A stretch of 63,484 bases of DNA, the filler included. It is 6 parts of 6 records of this genome, joined end to end, with 100 filler letters (N's around TTAATTAATTAA, not from the genome) between each part and the next. Parts side by side here need not be neighbours in the genome. Positions count along the whole stretch, not along the records: positions 1 to 13,270 come from SRR20825019_2648; positions 13,371 to 18,664 come from SRR20825019_2649; 4 more parts are not named here. One strand, written 5' to 3'. The translations under genes and the position numbers were made by a program. Of this stretch, positions 1-13,859 are shown piece by piece; positions within the stretch are counted from its first letter, which is position 1, and each line of letters begins with the position of its first letter. Under the pieces are notes generated by a model. The model did no database searches. It was given only the letters and a program-made list of their open reading frames with translations, and was not told the origin of the DNA.

Positions 1-3000
1 GCTCAACGCAGGGTTCTCCATCACAGAAGAACTCCGATGACCCCGATGAGCTCTGCTTCACCGCAAACTCTAAGAGGTGGATGCATATCCTGAACTCAGA
101 CATCTGAAGATGATTCTCTCGCGCGCTTTCATAAGCGCATTTCAAGCCCCTCCATGCCGTGGAGACAGCGCCGGATCCGCCATCTGAATGCATAAATGCA
201 AGCAGCACCTTCATCGCAGCGTATTCATTGTCTCTCCACAGGCACCCATATCCCATCCCCATTTCAACCTCGAGTCTTGCAACAACATTTCCAAGGTATT
301 CAGCATTTCCCAAGAACACCTCTATGGTTGCTAACGACAACAGAACAACAGAGAATCCGAAATGTAGATCATCCTTCTGCATAGCCTTGATACCGGCCTG
401 CCGACACGCCAGAGCGCGCACCTCGCTTGGTGATATCAGAAATGACCGCCATGCAATCGCAACATCGAGTACCAGCCGAAATGACTCGTGAGACTCCGCA
501 TCCTCTGGAATGGATGACAGTATGCTTGTGTGGAGGGCAAAGCTCGACATCGCCACAGTTTCGGCGGCGGTTCTCAAATAGAGGAAAGACAAGAAATGCA
601 TGTGGGTAAGGAAGAAATGGCTGCGCAGCTCCGCCTCCAGCCTCTCGTTGTTGCTAAACTTAAATACCTTCTGATACACCTTCTCTCTCCACTTTTCCAG
701 TAAAACTTCCGCAAACTCCAGCTGGCCCAACTCAGTCCAATACATCACTGGAATCCCACAGACTCCATTCGCGAGAAACGACAGGCCAAGGTCATCCATC
801 TCCCGGTGGAATGGATTGGCAGCCACCTCCTCCAGCACCCATCGATATCTGAATCACTTTGGTTACCTCCGTCCAAAACATAGGCAACGCATCTGATGGA
901 CCCTTACCTTTCAATGTTGCTAAGCATCACGGCTGGGGTGATATGAGTAACGCTGTTAATGTTGTTCCATAAAGCTAGGCATAGATTCGAGGAAGCGGCG
1001 CCAGCCACGTAGCAACTAGGGCTGTGGAGGGTAATGTCGCGAAGCCTGTCGAAGTCCTGCGAGGTAAGAGCACCCAAGAGGTTCCCTGGAGTGTACCTGA
1101 ACTGTGTCATGATCGAGCGGACCGCCTTGCAGTCCTCCAAGTATCTGCCCTCCATGTTCTTGTGTGAGGGGAGCGACTCCAGATTCACATTCACACCCTT
1201 AAGCTCTCTCTCCCGGGCAATTCTCACGCGTTCTTGCATGAAATCATGAAGATTGGACGTTTGCACCGAGTACCCAATGTTATCGTAGAGCGCCGCTTCC
1301 AGCCGGACACCCACCTCGATCTCGCGGATAGACTGGGCCGCTGTCTCAGAGCTCATTGGGCCATCCCGGGGGTAGACTATGTCCCTCACCCGTGCCGCTT
1401 CCCGGTACGATGTCACAGCTTCTACAACTCTCCCACGCTCCCCCTGTAGCTGACACAAGTCCAGCAGACTGCTGGGAATGGCTTGACCGAACTGCTTCAA
1501 CATGCCATCTGTCCAAGTGCGCGCCGCCTCGAGCAATGGCTCCAGCAATACCATTCTTTGGAACGGTTGCAGGTCTGAATTCGCCATTGCTACTGCCTGC
1601 ATCACACGAGAAACTTCCACAACATCTAGGTGATGAGTTACGAACCCAAAATCACGCAGTGTTGCGATACGCTGCTTCAGTGGCACCACAAGGCCTGATT
1701 CCGCACCCAATGGCCTTTTCGCACCGGTAAGGGTAATAACTCGAAGAAATATCATTTCAAGGTCAACCTCCTCGCACCAGTCATCCCCGATGGCCGTGCC
1801 GCGAGAGAACTTGCTGTTAAGCACGTGTAATAGAGATGCCCAAGCGCGGGGACACCGCCGAACAAGAACCAGTTCCAAATAGTTCCGGGACAGGGTATCG
1901 TACGTGTGTGATAAGGCTAGACCGCGTATACGTTTTGTGTGAAGATTGTGTACGCGTCGCAAGGTAGACTTGACAGCACGGGCTGCCATCTCCGTTAGTA
2001 CAACCCGTTGCCATGGGCTGTTGCTGTCTAAGGCATGATAGACTGAACGCAGGAATCGCATGTTCACCCCGTGCGAATGCAGCACCACTGAGAGCCGGGA
2101 GCCAGCATCAGTGCCATCCACAGCCATGCGGGTAAGGGTAGGGACCACTCCTTTCTGTATTCCATCGTCGAACATTGAATCGAAGCAAGCCTTAATGTGT
2201 GACTTATGCTCGGCTGCAAGAGCTGGGGGCGATTCGTCCCATCCGGAATACGCGTCGCTGCAGAGGGCGTGCGCACTGCGACCCACCAGTTCAGGCCGAA
2301 GCAGCCGGGCCATCATGTGCCCACGGGTGCCCTGGGGACCTGGCGGCTCGCACGGCATCAACCGTGCAGCATCCAGGACATAGAGGCTTGAACTGTCCTC
2401 GTAGCCCTGCCTCACCTCCACATCACCGCACAACGCCATCTGGCACCCTCCCACCTCGTGTTGCCGCAGGTTCAGGTGTCTGCCCACCCGGGCCATGAGG
2501 TCTCTCGCCTCTGGATTGGAATCGTGCACAGTTCGTCCACCATCGGAGGAGCCATACACTGGGGGCCCTGCGGCCATGGGGACGAGGGAGAGAGCAAGAA
2601 TCGACAGTCCGCTACAGTCAACCACACACGACAGCGGGACCCTCGCCGTCGAGCCGGCGAGTAGTCGCGACAGGAGGTTCAGACCGCGCAGATCATGTCT
2701 GGCCGCCTTCGCCGCCAGCTCATCATCACCGTAAATCCCATTCGAATCGGTGCTGAACTTGAAGAAAATCCCTGCCGCCTTGTACTTATCCCCGCCCGCA
2801 ATACCACCCGCGGCCACGCTTTTGATAGACTTGGCGTGGTGCGGCAGCCCATACTCCGAGGCCAGCACCCGGGCGTACATACTGGCGGCATGGGTGAACG
2901 ACGAGGCCAGATCGCTGAGCCGGGACAGCGCGAGAAGATCCCGCCCTCCCGAGGCATCCACTTCCGCCCGGATGCGGTAATACTCGCTGTGTAATTAAAT

Positions 3001-3748
3001 CACCCTCAGTGTGTACAATCGCACTTAGGATGACCAACCTACTCTGTCCAATGGTACTGGTTGAACTGCTTGGTGCACTCCTCGCGCGTACCCAGCGACA
3101 TGTAAAGCTCACTCACATCCAGTCCACCGCGCTCAGTGTCCCACACGCAGCTGAGGCTTCCTGAAGAGTTCAGGCTGTACCTGCTGGAAGCGCGCTTCGG
3201 CAGAGGGGTGCCAGCGTCGGTGCCGCCGTTGGAGTCACTGTCTTCCTTGCAAACACGTGCCATGAACAACGGCTCGAGCTGCGGTTGGCAGGATAGCAGC
3301 AGCGAAGCAAGGAAGGGCAGCGTCTGCTCATCTTCGCTGGCGTCTTCCATCGCACCCAACAGTGCGCGACACACCTGCTCCTTCGAGAGGTGCTTGATCC
3401 TGCCAAAGTTTAGTCCGGAGCATTCAGTGCAAGAAGCAAGTACCTTTGCAGCGGTCCCTCTCTTGCTTGCTTGGACACCAAGGCGCCCACCACGTTGGGT
3501 GGAGCACGGCTATGATGGACAAGAGCTTGGACTGCCTCAAAAAGGCCGGGGCCCACATCCTGTTCCTCTTGCTTGGCGCCCAGCATGCCGGCCGTGGAAC
3601 AGTCACTGTCCGAGTCGTACTCACCCGCCCTCAGAACGCACACCGTGCTCCCACCCCCATGTTCAGAGCATGCTACGGCCACGAGTCCGGGGTTCGAAGC
3701 GACCTCTCTCTCGAGCACCTCCGCGAGTCCCCGGCCTGGCTGACCCAT
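1..3748 (-). CDS. Eukaryotic Clu/CLUH-domain protein, 4 exons, 3' end runs off the window
   Basis: Three GT-AG introns (3400-3443, 2987-3042, 849-907) join ORFs 3410..3757, 3039..3374 and 904..2961 to an open frame reaching position 1. Clu-like motifs: GIAGGDKY..GIFFKF, AAKAARHDLRGL, YVLDAARLMP, LLRPEL, LHSHGVNMRFL, EMAARAVK. The start at ATG 3748 is inferred. Confidence 0.75.
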
Positions 3749-3809
3749 TCGGGGCACCTAAGTGGGCTAACCGAGGGCGGCTGTCATTTCTATACACATG
3801 GTGGGACGT

Positions 3810-4495
3810 GCTTACTGAGCCCGCCGGCAGGCAATCGTGCCGGGGCCTCGGGGTCAGCGCCGGGTCTGGGCCCGCCGCTCACACACTGCACCAGCACGCG
3901 GTATTCCGGGCACCCCCCAGGCCCGCGGCAGCCCGCTCGACCGCCCCCATCCGGCTCACTGCCCCCAGCCCGCCGGTCTGCCGGGCCCCGGCGCCGTCGT
4001 CCGGGGCTCAAACGCGGCTCAGGGCGGCTGGGCGGGGCCGGCCCCGTCGCTCTGCGGCCTGGTGGCAGTGGTTGCGCTGGGGTGGTCAACTTGGACGACA
4101 GCGGCCGGGACGGTCCCGTGTCCGGCCCCCGCCGCGCGGGGCACAGGAAAGCGGCCATGCCAACGACAACGTTGAAGGGACAGCCAAGAGTCATTGAGTG
4201 CAGTCGGCATAAGCATGGGACCTAACAAGACAAGACCCTTGTGCAATTGTTCTGAATTCTGCGGGTGGCAAAAGGGTGGTCTCTCCGATGGCTGATCCGG
4301 GGTGAAGCGTGCGCGGACGACCAACTACGGAACTCGCTCGCTGTCCGCCGCCCCAAGGAAACTCCCGAGACCGCCACGCCACGCGGCGTCTCGCCGCGGG
4401 CGCCAGTGAGCTGCCGGCGCGGCCGTCCCCGGGGCGGCCCGGCCACTTCCTCAGTCTCGTTCGTTCACGGGGGCCCGCCGGTGGTCTGGGCCAGC
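3810..4495. promoter_or_regulatory. Two GC-rich CCGG-dense islands (about 3810-4160 and 4340-4495) in the divergent Clu/VPS13 intergenic region
   Basis: Visibly much more GC-rich than the flanking CDSs and separated by an AT-richer spacer. Boundaries are approximate and the regulatory role is inferred from position. Confidence 0.45.
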
Positions 4496-4599
4496 ATGGC
4501 TATATACAATAGTGTCGTTGGTTTAGGTGATGCTATCACAAGGTCAGTTCTCTTTCAGTTGCAGTTAGTGCCTCGGAAAACTCACTCACTGCGCCCACC

Positions 4600-7500
4600 A
4601 TGTTGGAGGGTATGCTGGGCGGAGTCCTGGACAAAGTTCTTGGCAAATATGTGAAGGGCATTGACCGACAGCAACTCAAAGTTGCTGCTTGGTCCGGAAA
4701 CATCAAGCTTCACGATTTAGAGCTCAACGAGGCTGCGCTGGAAGCGCTGAACCTTCCAGTTATTATTCAGCGTGGCTATATAGGGACACTGCACATGGAG
4801 ATACCGTGGGCCCGACTAAAGAGTGAGCCGGTAATCATTCGTTTGGACCGCGTGTTCCTTGTCGCTGGACCGAAGGATCCACACGCTCCGTGGTCCGAGA
4901 AGGAGGAAGAAGTGGAGCAAGAAGGGAAGATGAGCAAGTTAGAAACGTGGGAGGCCGGGGTGGAAAAGAAACTGCAGGCCAAGATGAAAGGAAAGGACAC
5001 CGACGATGCCTCCTCGAAAGGGTTTACTGGCAAGCTCGTCGAGAAAATAGTCGATAATTTACAGTTTAAGGTGACTAAGATGCATCTTCGCTATGAAGAT
5101 TCGCTGTCTCGCCCGGAGCATCCTTTCTCCGCCGGCCTTACTATTGACAAGCTCGAGGCATATACAGCTGATGAGAATTGGGTTCAGAAGTTCGTTGCGA
5201 ACCCTCTTGGGGCGCTGAATAAGTATCTTGAGCTTAGGCATATGGCCTTGTATTGGAATACTGACTCAGAAACGGTTCTCAATGAACCGTTAAACTCAAG
5301 GTGGCTGATGCACTTTGAAGACAAGATATCAACATCGGAAGGTGGGCAGGCGGGATTCATGTATATGCTGCGTCCTGTGTCGGCCACGCTCAAGGTTGTC
5401 ATGAACAAAGATGAAGCGCCATGGAATCTGTCCCCACCGAAGCCGAAGTTAGATCTTGTTTTTTCATTCAGTCAGGTGGCGTTGGCGCTTCAGGAAGACC
5501 AGTATTGTGGCGTTCTGAGGCTATTGGAATTCATTTCTAACTTCAATAAGTGGGCACGTTTCAGGAAGTTCAGACCGACAGTACCACCTGGGCAAGATCC
5601 AAGAGCTTGGTTTATGTACGCCGCTAATGCTGCGCTGGAAGTTGTTAGGGAAAAGAACAAGAAGTCTTCTTGGACGTACCTCATTGAGAGGAGGAGAGAT
5701 AGGCTCAACTATCTCAAGGCATACAAGCAGACAAGGAAGGTTCCGTGGATCAATGCGAACCAGCAAGAAATAGAAGCATCCGAGGAAATTCTGGACAACC
5801 TGCACCGAAAGTTGGCTTACGATGACATTATTTATTTCAGATCTATCTGTGTGCAACAGTTGGAGAGAGAGGCAATGAAATACCACGAAAAGCGGAGTAA
5901 CGAGAGTTGGACCACGTGGATTACTGGGTGGGGGCGAGATAAAAGTTCGCGTGATGTTCTGTCCTCTAGTTTATCAAAGGAGGATGTGGAGAAGCTGGAC
6001 GAGATTGTGGGCTATACCGGTGAGGAAGAGGCTGTGGTGTTCCCATCAGGATACGTAAACATGGTCATAAATTTGACCATGCAAAGAGCGTCAGTTTCAT
6101 TGGTGGCCTCGGGCGCTTGCGAAGAGCTGGTGGAGATGGCAATAGAAGGCCTTCGCTCCAATGTGAAACTTCGTAAGGGAGATGATGGGATGGATGTGGT
6201 GAGCAGCATCTCGTCCATGGAGGTCATTGATAGGTTTACGGAAGACACCTGCTATCCGCGTGTAGGGTACAGCGATGTATCTGTGGGCGACTTTGTCGAG
6301 GTGAGATTCTCGAAGAATCCAGGCGAGTCCGAAGAAGATATGAAGCTTTCTCTGAAGATGACGCCGATTACAGCCATAGGAAACAAGATCTTGCTTGATC
6401 GCGTAATGATATTCTTCCAGGATACGGAACCTGTCGATTTGACGGGGCTTGAGTCGATAGCTAAGAGCGGTCTGAAGGATTTGCGCTCTATGACAGAAAC
6501 ACAACTGGAGGACGCAATTGCAAAGCACAAGACTCTAGATGTTGATATAGACATTCGTGCGCCCACCTTTATTTTTCCGGCTTCATATACAATCTTAGAA
6601 TCGGCTCTCTTGGTATTGGATCTGGGTAAGTTGCGCATCAAATCCGACATGAGAAAGGATGTTCGTGTAGATGAGACAACAGATGGCGCTCCATATGGCA
6701 CGCCAAAGAGTCTTGCTGGTTCGTCTGCCTTAAGTGATTTTGCCTCTGTTCGTTCACCTCAACGCCCATCGAGCATTAATCTTGCAAGTGACGATGACGA
6801 CGAGTTTGTGGATGCAAATGATGATGAGTTTCTGGATGCGGAGGAAAACTTCGAACGTTCATCGGTCGTGTCCGGGCATACTGGTGGTGGGAATCGTGCC
6901 CCATCATCCATAGGGGACGATGAATTCTTTGACGTGGATGACCAGTCTCTTCCACCGCCAACCCCGAGCATTGAAAAGGCTCAGCCTAGCTTTTCAAAGT
7001 CGTTTTTGGTGGAAAGTGATCAAAAGGATGAAGAGGAACTCTACGATAGATTTGATGTACAGCTGACTGCATTCCAACTTCTTATTACCAAGGAGAACGA
7101 GGATTGGAGCAAGGTGCTTTCCGCAGCCCCTGTGGAGAAAGGGGAAGGGCCACACATCATAGAACCAGTGAATTTGTCGATTCACGTTGAAAAGTGTATA
7201 TTCAATCGCCACTTGACATACCCGGCGATAAAGGCAGACGCGACGCTTGATGATATGTCAGTCAATATTTCTGATGGAAAGGTGTCTGCGATTGTGGACG
7301 TTGTGAATGGTTTTATGGAGGTTCCTGAAACGAAACCGTGGGCCCGCTCGGACTTTGCTGGTCCGATTCGTATCCAGCGCTATGGGCAGCGTAACTGGAA
7401 GCTGCGTTATGCAGTCATTACGAAGTCGGATCTATTTATTTTGGAGTCATTAGAAGATACCGAGCCCGAAAGCCATACTATTCTTGCAGGAGCTGTGGTC

Positions 7501-10500
7501 AAGAGCGGCATGAGTGTAACAAACAAACCGCAGAGCATAGAGGTGGAGCAGTCCGATAAGACCTTATGTGACGGAACCGGTGCTGGTCATTTCTTCCTAT
7601 TGGCCGGCAGTCAACCGGAAATGGAGAGGATACAGGCTATGCTTGCTTTAAGAAGTCGCCGAGTATTACCTTCAGATGCGAAAAGCCCAGGAAAATTGTC
7701 AACTCTCCCTGAGGATGAAGAAGCCAATGACTCTGGTGTTCTTTCACCGCGGCATTCCCGAATGCAGTCCAAACAATCAGTTTCCCATTCACATAGTCGC
7801 AGCCGAAGTCAATCGCAGATGGACAACTTTTCATCATTTGGGTCCGGGAATTTCTCAAAGGAACTTGCTGCTTCATTGGATAGCAAGAAGTCAAAGCCGG
7901 AAGTCTCAAAAGAAAATTTCCTGGAGTTCAGGGGAAATTTCGTCATACATAGGCTAGCGCTGGTGCTGTCTCGCACGAATGCTAGCAAAGCAGAAGGTGT
8001 GGATAAGTCCACGGGTAATATTGCCCTCTTCTCGATTGAGGGCCTCGGTGTCAAAATTATGAAGCAGAGTTTTTGTCTTGTTGCCGATGGTGGCCTCGAC
8101 AAGATAACTATGGAGGACATGCTGCAGCATAAGGCCTCACAATATAGGTACCTGGCCTTCTCGGGCGAATCTCCGACTTCCAAATCATCACTGAGGAAGC
8201 TTATCGAAGTTCAGTTCCGACGATACGATCCCTCTTTCGAGGACTATCAATCTACACGGGCTGATCAGTGTATCGATGTTAAGTTTGACAGATTTAATGT
8301 CTATATTAATCGTGACACTCTTGCTCTGATCTTGGACCTGGGCCTGGACTTGCAGCTCAGGTCTGGTGACATCAAGGCGTTGAGCAAGAACGCGGAAGAG
8401 TCCAGTGAGAGTCCTCCTTATAGTCATCATGAAGCCAAGGATTCGATGGCGTCAACTGCCAAGGATTCACTCTTTGCATCAGTTTCTTCTGTAGCTTCAA
8501 CTAATGCGACGGTAGAACGTGCCGCCAAATTGTTCCGTCGAAAGAAACCAACGAAAAAGCGGGCTGCTCTCTATGTTAAGGCAGAAATGAGCACCGTTCT
8601 CCTCGGCCTCAATGCAGTCAGGAGAGAGCAGCGATTAGCTAGCATAAGCTTCCGTGAACTTTATGTTGAAGTCGATCAATTTAAGGACACTGAGACCATG
8701 AAAGTGATAGCCAAGCTTGGGGATCTCAGTGTTGATGACCATTGGAATGAGGGCAGCACATTATATACTAGAGTGTTTGGGTCAAACCTGAAGGATTCAG
8801 CAGCGCTTGCGTTCAGCATGGAAACATTTGCTCCCGGCATGAACAATCCAGGCTATGACATCGGTTTTAATGTGACCATGGGTTCAATTCGGTTTGTGTA
8901 TTTCAAGGACTTCATTTCTCTAATTCAGAACTATGCAACAGAAGGCCCAGTCATGAATGCTCTGAAGGCTGCCAAGGAAGCAGCCAGTAAACGTGCGAAG
9001 GAAGCCACGGAATCGCTCAAGAATACGGAGAAGGTTGCTCACTACTCGGTCCATATTGGACGGCCAATGCTGATGGTGCCTCGGTCGCTGTCTGCCTATG
9101 ATGGTCTAGTATTGGATCTAGGAGAAACCACAGTCATGCAGAAACTTGACCACGAGCGGGACGAAAGCGCCGAAAAGCACCGTGTCGAGAGAATTAATGT
9201 TTCTGTCAAGGACATGAGTATATATTCTCTGTGGCACGACAAGAAAGGACAAATGAGTGCAGATGACTGTTCCATGGTCCTGCTTTCTGGAAAATCTAGT
9301 GCTAGATCACTTGAGGATGCTAGAAAAATTGTTGAGCAGAACGCAGTTGACAGGAATAATTTCAGTGCATCCTCTGTTTTGAAGCAATACATTGTGGAAG
9401 ATGTACATGTTAATGTGAATATGACCCGACCTATTCTCAAGAGCGTTGTTACCCTACCAAAGCTTCATGTTGATGTCTATGTGACCAAAGTTCAGTTTTC
9501 CATCGCAGAGAATCAGATACGTATAATTGCTCGTGTCATGAAGGACAATGCCCAGTCCAAAGGTGCTGTGGATGCCTTAGATGTATCATTGGAGGAGATA
9601 GACCTGGATAGAACTATGGAAACGGCTGCAGCCGGTATTCAAAGCCTTGACGAGAATGTGAGCAAAATAGACTCTTACCTTTTTGAAAGTGCGGGAGAGG
9701 CAATTTCCTTGCAGGCGCACGTGTCCTTGGAGGAGTTTTGTGTGGAGGTGCTCCGGGGAGATGGAGTCGTTCCTCACTCTGAAACCAAGGGCAAGATGGT
9801 GAAAGATGGGGTCGTCGAATTTTCACTAGATAACGTTCAGGTTGCATACCTCGCGCGGGGGTCGCGCTACACCAAGGCAGAGCTGGAGCTGTCCAAGATT
9901 CATCTTCGTGACACGCGCTTAGACACGAAATCGGTTCACCGTGACCTCTTGGCTCCGTCGGAAGGCCACATGCAAGTTCAGAGTCGTATTGCTGCTGGGC
10001 CGAATGGTGATACAAGGGGGGTGGAGAGTTCTGTCGCACAAGACGAAGTTCAACTCCTGGTAAGATTTGTGGAGAACGATGGTTTCAAGTCCATCGATGT
10101 TGTCATTGAGAAGCCACGCTTTGTCATTGTCCATGAACCCCTCTTTGCGCTGAGGGACTTTGCAACTAATGCTGGTGGGATATGGGAATCTGTCATGAAG
10201 GAGGATGAGAACAGCGACGAAGAAGAGAACGTAGGCGATGGGACGTCACAGCCCATGACACCAGGCAGGAGCGGAACCTTAATCCTGGATTCCGTGGATG
10301 AGGCGCCAGACGATATTGTTCCGGCTTCACCGAAGGCCCAGATTGAGTCTGAAGATGCAAAGAAGGCGCTGAGAATGAGTGTGAAGTTCACCGTTCAGCA
10401 GCCGCAAGTGTTCATTCTCAAGAACCCATACATTCATAGAAGCAAGGCGCTCGTGCTGCAAGGTAGTTTCTGTGGCCAATACGATAAGGACGATGTTGTC

Positions 10501-13270
10501 TATACAGAGAATGCAAACTTGATGTTCTTGGATTTTCAGCTGGTGTGGTGCACATTTGATAAGGAAAACCAGACCGCCATATCCATCATGGACCCTGTGA
10601 GTATGCGCGTTGGCTACGAGTCGAAGCGTCGGGATGATAATCTTTCTCGACTGCTCCGGACTGTCAACGTCAGTGTCGCCGATCTGAGAGTGAAGCTTTC
10701 GTATGAAGATTTCAAGAATTGCTTGGGGATTTGGAAGGAATTCAATGAGCGAGGAAACGCTGCTGCCCCACCCACAACCGAAGTTGAAAAAGTGCCGGAG
10801 AAAAAGAAGGAAAAAGAGAAGGAGGGCAGAGAACTGACTCTGGAAGAGAAGGTGATCAAGAAACAATTGAAGCGACAGCGACAGGCGCAGCACAACGGCC
10901 CGCCGAAACCACCGGTGAACAACGTCCCCAACGTGAATATGGACATGATTAAGTTCCAGGTGTGGTTGATTAACGACTGCGGTGGGCAGAACGTGCCTCT
11001 TATCCACATTGATACGAGCGACGTCAGCGTAGTTCTGACGGCGCGGAAGAAAACCCTTCGATGCACCCTGGACTTCACGATGAGTCTCAAATACTTCAAT
11101 CTGCTCATGGCGGGCTGGGAGCCGCTGTTGGAACCGTGGAGTCCGACTATCACTTACTTCCAGAAGATGAAGAAGGGTCAAACGCAGAAGAAAGTTACTG
11201 TAGATTCGAAGTCAAAGATTGATATCAACATGTCCCACACTTGCGTGGACACCATTGTGCAGACGCAAAGGTTGTGGACTGAGGATTTCTACCACGAAGA
11301 GTCGGATGGCAAGAGAGATTCGATCTCCGAGGCGTTCCACCAGTACCTTCTTCAGAATAATCTCGGCCAGGATGTTGAGTATTGGACGTATGATAACCCT
11401 GAAAAGCAGATCATCAAGGCTGACGAGACAATTCCTCTGACCATGAAGAACGAGAGTCTCCTATCCACTGGCTCTCGCATGGTTTGTTTCAGCCCATGCG
11501 GTCAATGGGAAAGGAGTGTTCACGAGGTGAATATCAACCGCGTGGATATCTCAAGATTCCGCGTTTTCAAGGTTGAAGGCCGGGACTCGGTGGAGTCTGG
11601 CAAGGTTCTCAACTTTGCGACTCTGGTATGTCAAGTGTCTCTTGTCAATGGGGCGAAGAAACTCCGCCTTTCGTCAAGCATGGAGGTAGTGAATGACACC
11701 AAGATCCCGTTGGTACTCCGTCATGAGGTCAATCGCAAAAACAATGTAATCTTGAAGCAGGGAGAGAGATTCAGTCTCCCACTCGGATACAATGGTGATG
11801 TTCTCTTCCGTCCTCTAGCCGATGGTCCTACGGCAATGGCCAATAGCTCCGGTGAAGACACGCATGACATTCTCTTCTGTGAGGAACCGATTGGTGTGGA
11901 TTACATATTGGGTCCTGGAAAAGACCAAAAGGGAAGGCTTGTTAAGTGCTGCCGCAAAGATGACGAGCACCGGTCATGGGTGTGTAATGCCTATGTCACT
12001 TGCAAGGAGGAACTGCACTCCCTGGTCCTGACTCCTCCTATGATTATCAGAAACGCCCTTACCACTCCGATAACCTTCCGTATTGCTGAATTCAATCACG
12101 AGACCAACGAGGAACGGCTCTTGTTGAGTGGGGTCTTGGAGTGCGACAAAACCATACCAGTGTACAATGTGCCTGCGGTGAAGTCCATCAAGGCATTGAT
12201 GTATATTCAGGTCCCTGGCCGCTGGAGGCAAAAGAGCCCACTGGTTCTTATGACACACAACAAAATGCACCTTTCCGATCACCTGGAACTTTTAGATGAC
12301 CAAAACCAAATCTTACGCTTGTCTGTTGATCGATCGGGGGGCGAGGGCCGGGGTGACGCCATCTGTACGCTCTACTGCCCCTACTGGATCATTAACAAGT
12401 CTGGGCTCCCGTTGCTTTATCGGCAAGAGTCGACCCTGAAAAATCATGGTGTCTCAGCCGGACAGGTGGACAATGAGCATTTCGCTCATAAGGATCGTGA
12501 AGATCCACACATGTTCAGCTTTGCTTCAGGCGGGGTCGCCTTTAAGGAGAAGTTGCTTGTGAAGGTGGCTAAGTGTCGTTGGTCGAAGCCATTCTCTATC
12601 GACAACCTGGGTGTTGCTGGCACCGTGACTACGGAGGATATGAGTGGAAGTCGCATTCACGACCTCGGGGTCTCCATCGAGATGGGCTCTGGCGATTTCA
12701 TTAGGACGAAGGTGGTCACGTTCTCACCTCGCTACGTGGTGGTGAACAACATGGATAAGCAGGTCCTTGTGCGACAAAGCTCTGTGGACAGTCCGGATAA
12801 AGCTGTAAAGATTGCAGGTGGAGGCACAACCCAGAAATGGTATTGGCCTGTGAAAGAAGAAAAGCCTCGCCTTTCTTTCTGTTACGATGATGGTGGGCAG
12901 TGGCATTGGTCCGGTGGCTTCGATATTGATAATGTGGGGTCTTTCTCCATCAAGCTTCGTAACCGAGATGGCACTGTTGTGTTAACACAGGTGGAAGTTA
13001 TCCTCGAGAATGCAACCGTCTTCATTCTTCTGGTTGGCGAGGCACCATTTTGGGATTACCGCATCGAAAACAAGTCGTCGATTCCTCTTCGTTTCGGACA
13101 AAAGAATATTGCCAATTGGCAATGGCAGGATCTTGATGCCGGTCATTCGTCGCCATACGCTTGGGACGAGCTTGTGGATGCCGATTTCAGCCTATGCGTG
13201 GATGTTCAGGGAGTGGTCGAAGATATTGTCCCAGACGAAGTGCCTTTCGAGAAACAGGTTCGCGTGCGCC
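4600..13270 (+). CDS. VPS13: VPS13 family bulk lipid-transfer protein, truncated at contig end, intronless over the visible part
   Basis: Chorein N-terminus (MLEGMLGGVLDKVLGKYV...IPWARLKSEPVII...IVDNLQFKVTKMHLRYED), LLVLDLG repeats, GWEPLLEPW, and a VAB/SHR-BD region (YCPYWIINKSGLPL, TKVVTFSPRYVVVN, WSGGFDID, YRIEN, YAWDE). Confidence 0.95.
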
Positions 13271-13370
13271 NNNNNNNNNNNNNNNNNNNNNNNNNNNNNN
13301 NNNNNNNNNNNNNNTTAATTAATTAANNNNNNNNNNNNNNNNNNNNNNNNNNNNNNNNNNNNNNNNNNNN
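13271..13370. other. Artificial contig spacer (N-run + TTAATTAATTAA + N-run)
   Basis: The same 100-nt structure occurs five times. Composition and gene content change abruptly across it. Confidence 0.98.
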
Positions 13371-13850
13371 CGCGTGGGCGAAGGTCCGTTCCCGACCGAA
13401 CTGCTGGACGAAGACGGTCAGCGTCTGGGCGAACGAGGCCACGAGTTCGGCACCACAACAGGCCGCAAGCGTCGCTGTGGCTGGTTCGATGCCTGCCTGG
13501 TGCGCCAGACCTGTGCGACCAGCGGCGTTGACGGCATCTCGCTGACCAAGCTGGACGTTCTGGACGGTTTCGAGACGCTGAAGATTTGCGTGGGCTACGA
13601 GCTGGACGGGGAACGGATGGACTATTTGCCCACCGCCGCCGACCAACAGGCGCGCTGCACACCGATCTACGAGGAAATGCCGGGCTGGTCGGAATCGACC
13701 GAAGGCGCGCGAAGCTGGGCTGACCTGCCCGCCGAGGCGATCAAATACGTGCGCCGCGTCGAAGAGCTGATCGAATGTCCGGTGGCCTTGCTGTCCACCT
13801 CGCCCGAGCGTGAAGACACCATTCTGGTACGCGATCCGTTCGCTGATTAA
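13371..13850 (+). CDS. purA: Adenylosuccinate synthetase, C-terminal part
   Basis: [50 protein letters not shown]. Confidence 0.97.
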   Translation, partial: RVGEGPFPTELLDEDGQRLGERGHEFGTTTGRKRRCGWFDACLVRQTCATSGVDGISLTKLDVLDGFETLKICVGYELDGERMDYLPTAADQQARCTPIYEEMPGWSESTEGARSWADLPAEAIKYVRRVEELIECPVALLSTSPEREDTILVRDPFAD

Positions 13851-13859
13851 GGGGGCCAC

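Noticed and set aside
3758-3799. Upstream in-frame ATGs followed by two in-frame TAG codons before the Clu gene, suggesting TAG reassignment
   Set aside because: Other eukaryotic genes here end in TAG, VPS13 has no internal TAG in about 2890 codons, and a downstream ATG at 3748 gives a normal start.
3136-4654. Arg/Pro/Gly-rich ORFs across the GC islands (also at 44713-45265 and 48782-49686)
   Set aside because: Stop codons are scarce in GC-rich DNA, and these ORFs have no domain or splice support.
13271-13370. TTAATTAATTAA as a biological repeat or transposon target site
   Set aside because: It is embedded in N-runs and identical at all five joins, so it is an assembly linker.
13270-13371. 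Bacteria-to-eukaryote gene transfer at contig joins
   Set aside because: The sequences touch only through artificial spacers, and genes are truncated at the joins.
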